Sequence record: PQ400058.1 | Length of the DNA stretch: 38,682 nt | From: a phage | Direction: 5' to 3' (one strand) | Shown here: one piece after another, positions 8,391-18,040 of the stretch | How the letters are laid out: the number at the start of each line of letters is the position of its first letter | Numbering within the stretch: position 1 is the first letter of the stretch | The notes under the pieces: generated by a model | Told to the model about the DNA's origin: nothing | Databases searched by the model: none | What the model saw: the letters and a program-made list of their open reading frames with translations, nothing else | Made by a program: the position numbers and the translations under genes

Positions 8391-8915
8391 TTATTCCTCA
8401 GGCTTCTCAGGCCAGTCATAGAAAGGCAGTACACTCAGGTCTACTTTGTATACAGCAAGACGGTAAATTCGCCACGCGTTTAGGAGACCTTCTAATCCAT
8501 CCTCCCCAAGTGCCATGAAGTCAGCATACTGCTCAATCTTCTTGGAGGCCATAGAGACTAGACTAGCCTTCTGGTTCTCAAAGTATCGCGGATACCAAGT
8601 TAGCTTCTCACCATCCCACCACCACTGCATCATATTGTAACGAGAGTATTCAGCTGGGATTTCCTCAAGTTCAACAACACCAGCAGAACCCTGAACGGCT
8701 AACTCCTGAACATCCTGTTCACACTGAATTACCGAACCGTCTTTGGCATAGACAAGTTTCCATGTATCCTCACGGAATGTCTTACGTAGTTCATACCAGT
8801 CATTCCCATTCTCGTCCTTTGAGAAGCCAACTCCGTGGTCCAGAAGGTCTGCATTCTCTTTGGTGCGCTCTGGAATATAGTTTACGAAGTTCTTATAGTG
8901 GCGTAAAGTCTTCAT
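8391..8915 (-). CDS. Tail fibre assembly (Tfa-like) chaperone, 174 aa; not present in T7
   Basis: ATG 8915 with GGGGGAGGG RBS 16 nt after the gp17 stop; C-terminus ...LLNAWRIYRLAVYKVDLSVLPFYDWPEKPEE resembles the lambda Tfa C-terminus (...[29 protein letters not shown]) as recalled. Confidence 0.7.
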   Translation of the reverse strand: MKTLRHYKNFVNYIPERTKENADLLDHGVGFSKDENGNDWYELRKTFREDTWKLVYAKDGSVIQCEQDVQELAVQGSAGVVELEEIPAEYSRYNMMQWWWDGEKLTWYPRYFENQKASLVSMASKKIEQYADFMALGEDGLEGLLNAWRIYRLAVYKVDLSVLPFYDWPEKPEE

Positions 8916-8931
8916 GTTGTACCCTCCCCCT

Positions 8932-10608
8932 TTAGTAAATATTAAAGCGTTGACCATCGTTGCGTACATACTGCATAACACGCCACTGGCAACCATCTAC
9001 CGCACCATCAGCGTTACCGTTTGTGATTCCTGTGATCACCTTACCGCCACCATCTTCTATGCCGTAAGCATTCCACAGTTGCGACCAGTTAACTCCACCC
9101 ATCGCAATGTGGTTAACGGTATTTGCAACAAGCCAGCCAGCTAGATGACCATGACCACCCCATACAGAGCCTGCAATGTTTCCGTCAGTGGACATTGCGG
9201 CACCACCTGCCTTAATCGTAGTTGGGAATTGAACCTCGCCATTTGGGTTTAGCCAAATGTCATAAGATGTCGCTTGAGATGCTTCCGGTTTCCACCGGAT
9301 TAGGCCGTTGCCGTTCGTAGAACCACCTCGAACCCATCCAATTTCTAACCCTGCATCGTAGAAACTCCAACGAGTGTTACAGACCCATCCACCTTGGGTC
9401 AAATCACCCGGACCATATGCCACCGTCTTAACGGCAGTATTGGCCTGATTAGTAACACCTAGCGGTTTGTTGAATCCTTCTACCTGCAAACCATTGTAGC
9501 AATGCATGAAGTCCCCGAAGTGCATCTCCCACGTAGCCGAATCATTAGCTTTACTTTGAACCTGAAATGGAACATGCCAGTCCCCTCTATGTGGGTGCTT
9601 AATGGCCCAAAACGTATTTGATACATATTGTCCCTCAGCAGGGTTATACTCATGTACCATCTGCCCCATAGAGCCAGCTTCGGCAGTTGCCCTCAGGGTT
9701 GAAGCACGATTAGCAATAAGTTCACCGTTAAACTTAGCAGTAGCCGCCCACGAAACAACGTGGTCTTGGCTTACTTCCTCAATGGCACCTGCAAGTGCAT
9801 TCCAGTTACCAAGTTTGTCTGCCTCCAACTTAGCGCGGTCTGCTTGCTGTTCTGCCGAATGGGCAGAGTTAGCGGATGCCGTGGCATAGTTCTCAGCGTT
9901 TACCTCAGATTGATGCGCAGCAGTAGCAGAGTTACCAGCAGATGTAGCGTATTGACCAGCCGTATTCTTGAACTGCTCGGCTTCGTCTCTGAAACCCTTG
10001 GTCTCATCACGCCACTGCTTCGTATTCGTAGCGTTAGTGCTGGACTCGTTCTTAAAGCCCTCCGCTTGATTTCTGAAAGTCTCAGCCTCATTGCGGAACT
10101 GTAGGGCCTCATTACGCGCCTGCCATGAGTTCTGGTTCATGGTCTTAAGTTGACCAAACGGAACAGCGTCACGGTCATCCACGGCGTTCGCTAGGTTCAC
10201 AATTCGACGACCACGGGCATCCAAGTGACCATCATTATTGACACCGATAGTATCCGCAGTGAGGTCACGGGCCTCTTCTGCTACGTGCATCGTTTGAATC
10301 TGAGCGACGTTAAGGTCATATGCACGGAGGATTGAACCATCCGTAAAGTCAACCAATCGGTCTGTCGTGGAGGTTACTCGACGTAACTCAATGGTCGTGT
10401 AGCCATCAGCTGTACCCCAAGCCTTGGTCAGTGAGATGGTAGTGCGAGTAGCAAAGCGGTAGTCTGTATTAATAGTAAGGACCTTTCGGTCTACGCCAAT
10501 AAGGGTTACTACTACGAACTTACGGGCTAGATACTCAAACGGGATATTAAAATCACGAGTGGAGCCGTCTAACTGGTAAGTCAAAACGGTTTTAATTACG
10601 TTAGCCAT
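8932..10608 (-). CDS. 17: Tail fibre protein gp17, 558 aa: T7-like N-terminal attachment and coiled-coil region, non-T7 distal receptor-binding region
   Basis: Track ORF MANVIKTVLTYQLDGSTRDFNIPFEYLARKF...; matches recalled T7 gp17 to about residue 265 then diverges (…HPHRGDWH…GGHGHLAGW…QRFNIY). Confidence 0.9.
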   Translation of the reverse strand: MANVIKTVLTYQLDGSTRDFNIPFEYLARKFVVVTLIGVDRKVLTINTDYRFATRTTISLTKAWGTADGYTTIELRRVTSTTDRLVDFTDGSILRAYDLNVAQIQTMHVAEEARDLTADTIGVNNDGHLDARGRRIVNLANAVDDRDAVPFGQLKTMNQNSWQARNEALQFRNEAETFRNQAEGFKNESSTNATNTKQWRDETKGFRDEAEQFKNTAGQYATSAGNSATAAHQSEVNAENYATASANSAHSAEQQADRAKLEADKLGNWNALAGAIEEVSQDHVVSWAATAKFNGELIANRASTLRATAEAGSMGQMVHEYNPAEGQYVSNTFWAIKHPHRGDWHVPFQVQSKANDSATWEMHFGDFMHCYNGLQVEGFNKPLGVTNQANTAVKTVAYGPGDLTQGGWVCNTRWSFYDAGLEIGWVRGGSTNGNGLIRWKPEASQATSYDIWLNPNGEVQFPTTIKAGGAAMSTDGNIAGSVWGGHGHLAGWLVANTVNHIAMGGVNWSQLWNAYGIEDGGGKVITGITNGNADGAVDGCQWRVMQYVRNDGQRFNIY

Positions 10609-10660
10609 TTGACCTCCTTAAAGTAAATCTAATAGACTACAGGGAGAAGATTCTTTCGTC

Positions 10661-10683
10661 TCTCCCTATAGTGAGTCGTATTA
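10661..10683 (-). promoter_or_regulatory. T7 RNAP promoter phi17
   Basis: Minus strand TAATACGACTCACTATAGGGAGA; its TAA is the stop codon of gene 16. Confidence 0.9.
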
Positions 10684-13600
10684 TTTCCTAGGTGTCTCCT
10701 TGATGTGGATACCGTTGGCCTCATAAATTTTCATAATTAGTTGCTGCGTGATAGGGTCGTTCGGAACAATCTCACGCATGGTATTAAACATCCCTGTACG
10801 AAACTCCATCTCGGTAGCCTTGTTAGGCGCTTTCAGTAGCGATACAGCATTAAGTGCCGTACCACCGACCTGCCCTGCGAACCCCAAAGCAGGAATCTGA
10901 TCACCTAGAGCACCACTAATCATACCAGTCACTTGACGACCTGTTACCGCTTTTGTGCGATCGCGTTCTTCTGGTTGCTTCGGTAGTACCGTGGAGCGTG
11001 TGTACTTATAGGTATCATCACCAAACACACCAGCGATCATATCGTAGATGCTAAGTGGCGAACCTAAGTGTGAGCTACGGGAGATAGACGCATGAGCAAT
11101 CATCTTCGGGTCTAGTGCCATCTTAAGGTACTCCTTACGTTTGTCCTCAGGTAAGGCAGCGGCCTTTAGGTGCGCCTGTCCAACGAAGTAGCCACCAGCA
11201 AGCCCACAGGAAACAATGTGAGTTAACGCTTGGTCTAACGCACGGTTGTTCTTTGTGGCCTCATAGAAGCTACGGACAAATCGAGCATTAAGCGACTTGA
11301 TAACGAAGTTCTTAAATTGCATCACCATCTTTACGCCAGCACCATACGCAACGGAATCTTGAGAGGAAATCTTATGTGGTCGCATGATTGTCTCTCCAGC
11401 CACTTTGTCAGCAAGCCTCCACAAATCCATTGTGCGTGGGTCGTAGGTGAACGCCCTTTTGTCCTTGATTGTGAACTTACCGTTAGCATCACGAGTGGTG
11501 TGGTCCCGAAATAATTGCTTGATACCATTCCACTGCTCAGGACTGATTGAGGCAGACTTAAGATAATTTGCCTTACCAAACTTGGCACCAGTCCCTGATA
11601 GCACAGCACTTGCAATATCCCCTAGCACACCCTGACGGGCTGCGTCGATAATGTAGTTTGTTGTTCCATTAAGCATTACCGTCCATGGGGAGCGGGCTGC
11701 TAACTCCTGCGTCCCGAAACGAAGAGTACCAACCACATTAGCCAACACAGCGTTGGTGTCTGTAGACTCCCTAAGTCTGCGAATGTGATCTTCACGACTC
11801 GGACGGATTAGCTGGTCTAGTTCCTTCCCGAATACCATACTGTGGAGTTCTTTAATCTCAGAGGCTCGCATTGGTTTCCTACGGTTAACCCAGTCGTTAA
11901 TCATAGGGATTCCATGAGTCACCGCAGAGACATTACCTTTGATCAACATAGCACCTATCTCCGTGAAGTTCTGGAGAGGCATATAGAAGTTCTTAGCGAA
12001 GAACGTCAGGTCATTCAGAGAGCGTAAAGCTGTCCCTAAAGCACCTTCTGGGCTACGACGGGCGCGACCAGTTAGAATCTTCACTGTATCCTTAAGAGCT
12101 TCTACTTCGCCCTTCAACTTCCCGTTGCCTTCGGCCTGCTTACTCAGTGCCATAATTTCATCCTTGAGTTCCTTGGTAGTTTTACCAGAGCTACCCATGA
12201 TAGCAATATCGCCATTTACACGACGGTCATATGCTGGCATAAGGATGCGCTGGCTGAACACTCGAATGTCATCTACTGAGAACATAGAGCCATCTGGTAA
12301 CGTGATTGGTACATCGGTGTCAAAGAGGTTACGTGCTTCCAGAAAGTTATTGTTCTCGATACCAACAAGCCCCGTGATATTCTCATCAACAATAGAAGAC
12401 GCCGAGAACTGGTCTGTATGGGAGATACCATATGCCTTGTCCATAGCATACTTCCGGACCATTTCGTGTGTTACGTCTTTAGTTGACTTAAGCCCGTTGA
12501 CTTCCATCAGGTGCTCGTCGATACGTGCCTTAACTGGTGGACGCAGATAGTATGACGCAAGGGAGCTTTCAGCGATAGCCCTCTGGAAAGCCTCTCGACT
12601 CCCCAAACGTTGAATATGAAAATTCTTCAATTGGGTGTCATACACTCGCGGAATGTATGTACCTTTGTTGCGACTGTCGGGGAAGATACTAACCGCCTTT
12701 GAATTACCAAACACAGCAGGGTTTTCCATAAGTTCACGCTTGAGGTCATAGTGACCTTTAACGTGGCGCATCAGGTCTAGCTCTTTGGGAGACAAGTTGA
12801 CCTGCATTTCAGGATGTTCGATAGCAAGAGCAATTTTACGGTCGATGAACTCAACGGCCTCTGCTTTGCTCATCTTAGGCGCACCTACTGTGAACTCAGG
12901 GTCTTTCATGACTTCCTTCATCTTATCATAGTATAGGTTCCAATCGCGGTTATCGTTGGATGATAGCCTACTATGGATATCATCAGCGGTCGAGCCGAAC
13001 TTACCGTTAGACCCTGATTCCATACCAGTTGGAGAGCGCACTAGGTCACGCGCAATGGAGCGAACTCCCGTGTTCTCAGAGCGTAGTGTCTTAAGGCCAA
13101 TCTCAGTGAACCCACCTAAGGAGATACCTCTGGCTGAACGCTCAGGATTTATCGCCTCAAACTCACTTAGTGTCTGTGGGTTCAGTGGGTTAGTGTCACT
13201 GAGGATTTGACCTTGAGGGAGGACGACTGCACCTGGCTCGGTGTCCAATGGTGCGTAGTTAACCCCACTGTACTCTCGGTCGAATTTGGTACTGTCTGTG
13301 TTCATCTTAGACATGTCCACAGAGTTGGCGTTAAAGGCAGTCTCACGGGCTTCCATACGCATCAACGGTCCGACGAACTCGTTGTTAAACTCAGCCTCAG
13401 GTTTGCTACGCCTCAATCCAGCGGCTATAGTGTCACTGATTGCAGACATTCCTGCCCCAAACACAAGGCCACCTAGTACCGCACCAGTATAATTAGCGTC
13501 TCCACCAACTATAGACGTTCGCAACCCTTCTGAGGCCATGTTAATAGCTGCACTCTCAGCACCGACAACAAGAGCCTTATTGATTAACTTAAATCCCTTA

Positions 13601-14655
13601 CCTGTTACACCAACCAACGGAACATACGATAGAGGGTCGAATGCCGCACCAATAACGCCAGCGGAAAGCTGTGCCCCGATACCTGCATCAGCTTTCTTTA
13701 GGTCATTCTCGTAGTTACGCTTAGCTAGATTGATAAGGTCATCCCAGTTCTCACCGTCACCACCAGTAACCACAGAGTAATAACTAGGAGGCAACCCACT
13801 GTTACGTAGTTTGTCCAAGTCTTCCTTGGTAGGCTGGTAGGAGTTCCAACGCGTAGGCGTGATAACATCCTTAAACACATCAAAACCATTATCGAGGCGA
13901 CCAGCACGGAAGGCCATGCCGAGGACTGAGTTGTCAATTTCTGCACTTGCAGCGTCTTTGAATCCGAAGAATATTGAGCGGTCGTCATACTCAGATAGTT
14001 CCTGTTTATGGTGGTCCCAAAAGTCAGTAGCGAATGATTTCGCTGGGGCCTCCTGCTCGATACCTTTAATGTCCAATCCAGTTGACTCAGGGATAGCATC
14101 CGTTACTTTGCGCTTCCCTTCTACCTGAATGTCTCCTAAACCAACATCAGAAGGGATACCTTTACCCTTTGGGGTGATTCCACCGAACGCTTCCAACTGA
14201 CCACTCATTGGCGACCTAGCTACATCCATGAGGTTACGTATGTAGTTACGACCCTCCTCGGAGATAGCTGAGAAGTCGCCCTTTGTGTATGCTTCAAGTT
14301 GTGGACTCCCTAAGCGTCCCTCACCTTGATTGTACGCAAGGGCAGCTTTGAGTTCATCCCCATCGAATTTACTCACCAGTCCAGCAAGGTGCTTGGCAGC
14401 AGCATCAATAGCCAACTCAGGGTTCAGTCGGTCGTCGTCTGGACCATCGGTGACTCGCAACCCCATAGCCTTAGCTGTAGCCTTGGTGAATTGCATCATG
14501 CCTAACGGTCCAGTCTTAGATTTAGCTGTTGGTTGAAACCGTGATTCTGTCCAAGCGACTTTACGTAAAAGGTCATAAGAGACCCCTGTGGCATCAGCCG
14601 CCTTCTGGAACAGACCATCATACTCACTTGGTACGTTCTTATCGTACTTATCCAT
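10681..14655 (-). CDS. 16: Internal virion (core) protein gp16 with N-terminal lytic transglycosylase domain
   Basis: Track ORF 1324 aa MDKYDKNVPSEYDGLFQKAADATGVSYDLLRKVAWTESRF...GPLGMMQFTKATAKAMG. Confidence 0.93.
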   Translation of the reverse strand: MDKYDKNVPSEYDGLFQKAADATGVSYDLLRKVAWTESRFQPTAKSKTGPLGMMQFTKATAKAMGLRVTDGPDDDRLNPELAIDAAAKHLAGLVSKFDGDELKAALAYNQGEGRLGSPQLEAYTKGDFSAISEEGRNYIRNLMDVARSPMSGQLEAFGGITPKGKGIPSDVGLGDIQVEGKRKVTDAIPESTGLDIKGIEQEAPAKSFATDFWDHHKQELSEYDDRSIFFGFKDAASAEIDNSVLGMAFRAGRLDNGFDVFKDVITPTRWNSYQPTKEDLDKLRNSGLPPSYYSVVTGGDGENWDDLINLAKRNYENDLKKADAGIGAQLSAGVIGAAFDPLSYVPLVGVTGKGFKLINKALVVGAESAAINMASEGLRTSIVGGDANYTGAVLGGLVFGAGMSAISDTIAAGLRRSKPEAEFNNEFVGPLMRMEARETAFNANSVDMSKMNTDSTKFDREYSGVNYAPLDTEPGAVVLPQGQILSDTNPLNPQTLSEFEAINPERSARGISLGGFTEIGLKTLRSENTGVRSIARDLVRSPTGMESGSNGKFGSTADDIHSRLSSNDNRDWNLYYDKMKEVMKDPEFTVGAPKMSKAEAVEFIDRKIALAIEHPEMQVNLSPKELDLMRHVKGHYDLKRELMENPAVFGNSKAVSIFPDSRNKGTYIPRVYDTQLKNFHIQRLGSREAFQRAIAESSLASYYLRPPVKARIDEHLMEVNGLKSTKDVTHEMVRKYAMDKAYGISHTDQFSASSIVDENITGLVGIENNNFLEARNLFDTDVPITLPDGSMFSVDDIRVFSQRILMPAYDRRVNGDIAIMGSSGKTTKELKDEIMALSKQAEGNGKLKGEVEALKDTVKILTGRARRSPEGALGTALRSLNDLTFFAKNFYMPLQNFTEIGAMLIKGNVSAVTHGIPMINDWVNRRKPMRASEIKELHSMVFGKELDQLIRPSREDHIRRLRESTDTNAVLANVVGTLRFGTQELAARSPWTVMLNGTTNYIIDAARQGVLGDIASAVLSGTGAKFGKANYLKSASISPEQWNGIKQLFRDHTTRDANGKFTIKDKRAFTYDPRTMDLWRLADKVAGETIMRPHKISSQDSVAYGAGVKMVMQFKNFVIKSLNARFVRSFYEATKNNRALDQALTHIVSCGLAGGYFVGQAHLKAAALPEDKRKEYLKMALDPKMIAHASISRSSHLGSPLSIYDMIAGVFGDDTYKYTRSTVLPKQPEERDRTKAVTGRQVTGMISGALGDQIPALGFAGQVGGTALNAVSLLKAPNKATEMEFRTGMFNTMREIVPNDPITQQLIMKIYEANGIHIKETPRK

Positions 14656-14681
14656 TTAGGGCCTCCTTATGTAGCCTTTAG

Positions 14682-16943
14682 TTACTCCTTACGCCCATAG
14701 ATGAACTTCGGAGTCTGTTTACGTTTCTCTCGGACTCGTTTAGCAGCAGCTTCACGAGCTTTCTTAGCGGCAACTATAGGTGCTCGCTTGGTGGCATCAT
14801 TAATAGCCTCATCACGGGCCTTCTCAACGGCTTCCGTTGCGAGACGCTCTTGTGTTTCCTTCCAGACCTTGGACAACATCTCCTTGTCGTAACGAACCCG
14901 TGGGCCAGTCCCTGTAGTTGGCATGATGTAGATAGACTTCCCGATTACCGAGACGGTCATCTTATCAGAGGCCATACTTGGGTTAGCCGCTATGATTCCT
15001 TTAAGAGCAGCGTCAATAATATCCTTACCTTGCTTCCAAGATTTAGGGTCATCGTTTACCTGTAGATAGTTCCTCGGAATTACCCCAATGACTCCCTCAC
15101 TGTCTGAGCTATCGTCATTAAAGGTCGTAGTGGACTCCTTGAGGAACTTCTGCATCTCAGTCATAGCCATATCGACATTATTGGTACGATACTTAACCGA
15201 GTCATAAATCTTACGAGCAAGTCCCCTTAGTTCTGTCGGCATATTAGCTATCTCCGGAACTTTAGAGTCATTAAGTGCTTGCTCAAAGGCTCTATCATCT
15301 TCGAATCGTTGCTCCTTGGAACGTGTGGCCATCTGACGGTCAGCATCAATCAACTCCTGCACATCAACACCCTGTCTGTCAGCTAAGTCCATGGTCAAGA
15401 ATAGCTCAGCTTGCTCAGGGTACAGTGACGCTATTAGGTATGGGTCTGCGTTGCGGATTCTGCGTAAGGCATCCATCGCTGGAGTCTTATCTGCTAACTT
15501 ACCATTCATCACAGAAGAAGACCACTCCTGAGCCGCATCCTGAACCATCGTTCCTATTGCAGTCCTGAAAGGCCCGTCCTTAGAGTCTGATTGCAGGTAC
15601 TGTAGTTTGAGTCTATCTTTGGCTCCATCTGGGATGTCCATAGCGTCTATGTCAGCCAGCTTCTTGTTAGCGTAGTTTACAATGTCGCTATGCTTGAACT
15701 CCCCAGTGTTATCGTTTGTAGGCATATCCTTAAAGTCCGTAGAGACCCACTCTCCATTGATTCGCTTCTGATACTGAGCGTCAATAACCCTAAACTTATT
15801 ATCGGCCTTCTGAGCCTTATCGAGTGCTTTGGCCTCGTTCTTGGCCCACTCCACCATCTTGGCTCGGAGTTGCTTCTGTGCCTCTATAAGCGTGGCGCGT
15901 TGAGGGGTCATCTGCTCTCCGGGCTGGTGTTTATCTAACTCAGCCTTTATTCCTTGGAGCTTCTCCCAACCAACACGAGGGTCGTCTACGAACAACGCAG
16001 AGTTGACATCAAGTTGAAACTTCTCATTCAGTTTCGCATCGTTGTCATATTGTGCTCTCTGGGCGGTCACCATAAGAGCGTTCCACTGCTCTTCACCCAT
16101 AAGTTCCTTATAGGTCGTAGTGGCTCCGTTGAGTGTTACCTTCTTATCACCAACTCGCATCAGGAAGTCAGCACCACCAGCACGGCTAGAAGCATCACTG
16201 AATGCTTGGCTTATAAGCTGGGTAGCTTGGGCATCGGAAGGGATGGCACCAGTCACTAGACCATTGGAGATATAATTCTCAAAGAAGTCAGCAGAGTCTG
16301 GGCGACGAAGCATATCAGGGTCTTGAAGGACACCGTTGAGTTCCACTCGGCTGTTAATCACTGCGCCCTTCTGAGCCTGTTGACTCAAGAAGCTATCGTG
16401 TGCCCCATACAGTGAGATGTTACGCTCAGTGATGTCCCCATTGAAACCACGCTGATAATCAACATCCTCAGGGTCAATCCCGAACTGCTCAGCGTATGCC
16501 TTAGCGCCCTCTTGAAGACGACTATGGCGATACTGTTCCATCTCTTCACGAGTACGGAAGACACCCTCTTTGACCTTCTGCATAACGTCATCGTCCACAA
16601 GGTACGCAGCGTTACGCCCAGTCTTGACTCGGAGTGCTTCCATAGCGTATGGGTCATCCTGATACAGAAGGGTCCCGTTGTTGAGAGCTTCTCGGCGTTG
16701 CTCAGGGGTCAACTTACGAATAATCTCGTTAGAGCGTTCGTCAGCTAGGTCACGTGCTCGTTGTTCCTTAGCGGTATACATATCGGCACCAGCCTTAGCG
16801 AACCGACCAATGGCGTCCAATAGGCTTGACCTTGGCTGTTCGGCCTGAGTGGTTGCTGCACGATAGCCCATACCACCAGCGCCACCACGTAGCCGAGAGA
16901 GTCCCGGTTGTGCCGCTTGAAGGGCAGATTCAATTTTACTCAT
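14682..16943 (-). CDS. 15: Internal virion (core) protein gp15
   Basis: Track ORF 753 aa; position and size as T7 gp15. Confidence 0.9.
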   Translation of the reverse strand: MSKIESALQAAQPGLSRLRGGAGGMGYRAATTQAEQPRSSLLDAIGRFAKAGADMYTAKEQRARDLADERSNEIIRKLTPEQRREALNNGTLLYQDDPYAMEALRVKTGRNAAYLVDDDVMQKVKEGVFRTREEMEQYRHSRLQEGAKAYAEQFGIDPEDVDYQRGFNGDITERNISLYGAHDSFLSQQAQKGAVINSRVELNGVLQDPDMLRRPDSADFFENYISNGLVTGAIPSDAQATQLISQAFSDASSRAGGADFLMRVGDKKVTLNGATTTYKELMGEEQWNALMVTAQRAQYDNDAKLNEKFQLDVNSALFVDDPRVGWEKLQGIKAELDKHQPGEQMTPQRATLIEAQKQLRAKMVEWAKNEAKALDKAQKADNKFRVIDAQYQKRINGEWVSTDFKDMPTNDNTGEFKHSDIVNYANKKLADIDAMDIPDGAKDRLKLQYLQSDSKDGPFRTAIGTMVQDAAQEWSSSVMNGKLADKTPAMDALRRIRNADPYLIASLYPEQAELFLTMDLADRQGVDVQELIDADRQMATRSKEQRFEDDRAFEQALNDSKVPEIANMPTELRGLARKIYDSVKYRTNNVDMAMTEMQKFLKESTTTFNDDSSDSEGVIGVIPRNYLQVNDDPKSWKQGKDIIDAALKGIIAANPSMASDKMTVSVIGKSIYIMPTTGTGPRVRYDKEMLSKVWKETQERLATEAVEKARDEAINDATKRAPIVAAKKAREAAAKRVREKRKQTPKFIYGRKE

Positions 16944-16949
16944 AGTTCA

Positions 16950-17540
16950 TTACCTCCCCGTCTTGGTTCCTTTAGCGGCAACAATAGGTGCCTTAGTGGT
17001 TGGCTTAGAGTCGAACGCCCCAGACGCATAAGCACTAGCAGCAGATGACCCCATGATAGCCAGTGGGTCAAGAACCATCTGTAGCTTACTCTTCTGTTTC
17101 TGTTCGCCCTTGTAGATTTCGTCAATCTGACTTGCAGCACTTTGAGTACCACCAAGTTGCTGTGCGAAGATTGCTTGGTAGTCTCTACGGTAGTTCTCCG
17201 TGACCATGTTGGCCTCCCGAATGAACTGACCTTCTGAGACTCGCTTAATGCGGTCCATTGAGGAACCTTCAAGCATACTTTCTCCGATAGCCGCTCGGAT
17301 AGACCCCATAGCTTGGACCTTCTGCATGTTCTGTGAGGTCAACTCAGCGGACGCTTCCTCAAGTTTACTTCGAGCTTGCAACGATAGGTCAGCATTCTGG
17401 ATGTTCGTCTGCTTCATAAGTTCTACTGCTTGACGACGACCAGCGGCGGTCTGTGAAGCTATCATTTTAGCTTGAGCGTTCTGGCTACCGATAGCCTGAG
17501 CACCAGCTAGTGCGATTGGTATTGCAGCAGGCCAACACAT
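16950..17540 (-). CDS. 14: Internal virion (core) protein gp14
   Basis: Track ORF 196 aa MCWPAAIPIALAGAQAIGSQNAQAK... Confidence 0.9.
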   Translation of the reverse strand: MCWPAAIPIALAGAQAIGSQNAQAKMIASQTAAGRRQAVELMKQTNIQNADLSLQARSKLEEASAELTSQNMQKVQAMGSIRAAIGESMLEGSSMDRIKRVSEGQFIREANMVTENYRRDYQAIFAQQLGGTQSAASQIDEIYKGEQKQKSKLQMVLDPLAIMGSSAASAYASGAFDSKPTTKAPIVAAKGTKTGR

Positions 17541-17544
17541 ATAA

Positions 17545-17961
17545 TCACCCTCCTTTCGTTATTGTGAATAATTGAAATTGACCATCGCGTGTGTACTCTT
17601 CATGGAATACCGCACCGATAGTCTTGAGGAAACGAATGTGAGACGTATTGCCTACCCACACGTAATTCCAAAGAGTATCATACTTCTCAAGCATCTTATC
17701 GCGATACTCCATGATTAACTTACGGAACTCTCGCTTAGCTTTTCCACTAAGTCGCCACACTTGGTCGCTCGTAACGAACCAGCACTGGTCCCCACAGTTA
17801 CCACCGATGGCTAGAGGGAACCCATAGAGGCTCAACGTGACACACTCGGAAGCATCAGGGAAACTCGGCTCAATACCAGCAGCCTTAGCTTCAAGAATGT
17901 CATGGTGAGCCGGAGTGAATACCTCAAAGTCTGTACTTTTAGTAGGTCTTATAATCATCAT
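17545..17961 (-). CDS. 13: Internal virion protein gp13
   Basis: Track ORF trimmed to ATG 17961 (MMIIRPTKSTDFEVFTPAHHDILEAK...), 138 aa; downstream of phi13. Confidence 0.88.
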   Translation of the reverse strand: MMIIRPTKSTDFEVFTPAHHDILEAKAAGIEPSFPDASECVTLSLYGFPLAIGGNCGDQCWFVTSDQVWRLSGKAKREFRKLIMEYRDKMLEKYDTLWNYVWVGNTSHIRFLKTIGAVFHEEYTRDGQFQLFTITKGG

Positions 17962-17987
17962 AAGAAACCCTCCCGTAGTCGTATTGT

Positions 17988-18010
17988 TCTCCCTATAGTG
18001 AGTCGTATTA
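17988..18010 (-). promoter_or_regulatory. T7 RNAP promoter phi13
   Basis: Minus strand TAATACGACTCACTATAGGGAGA. Confidence 0.9.
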
Positions 18011-18040
18011 ATTTCGAGCCACCACAGGGAGAACATTTAA

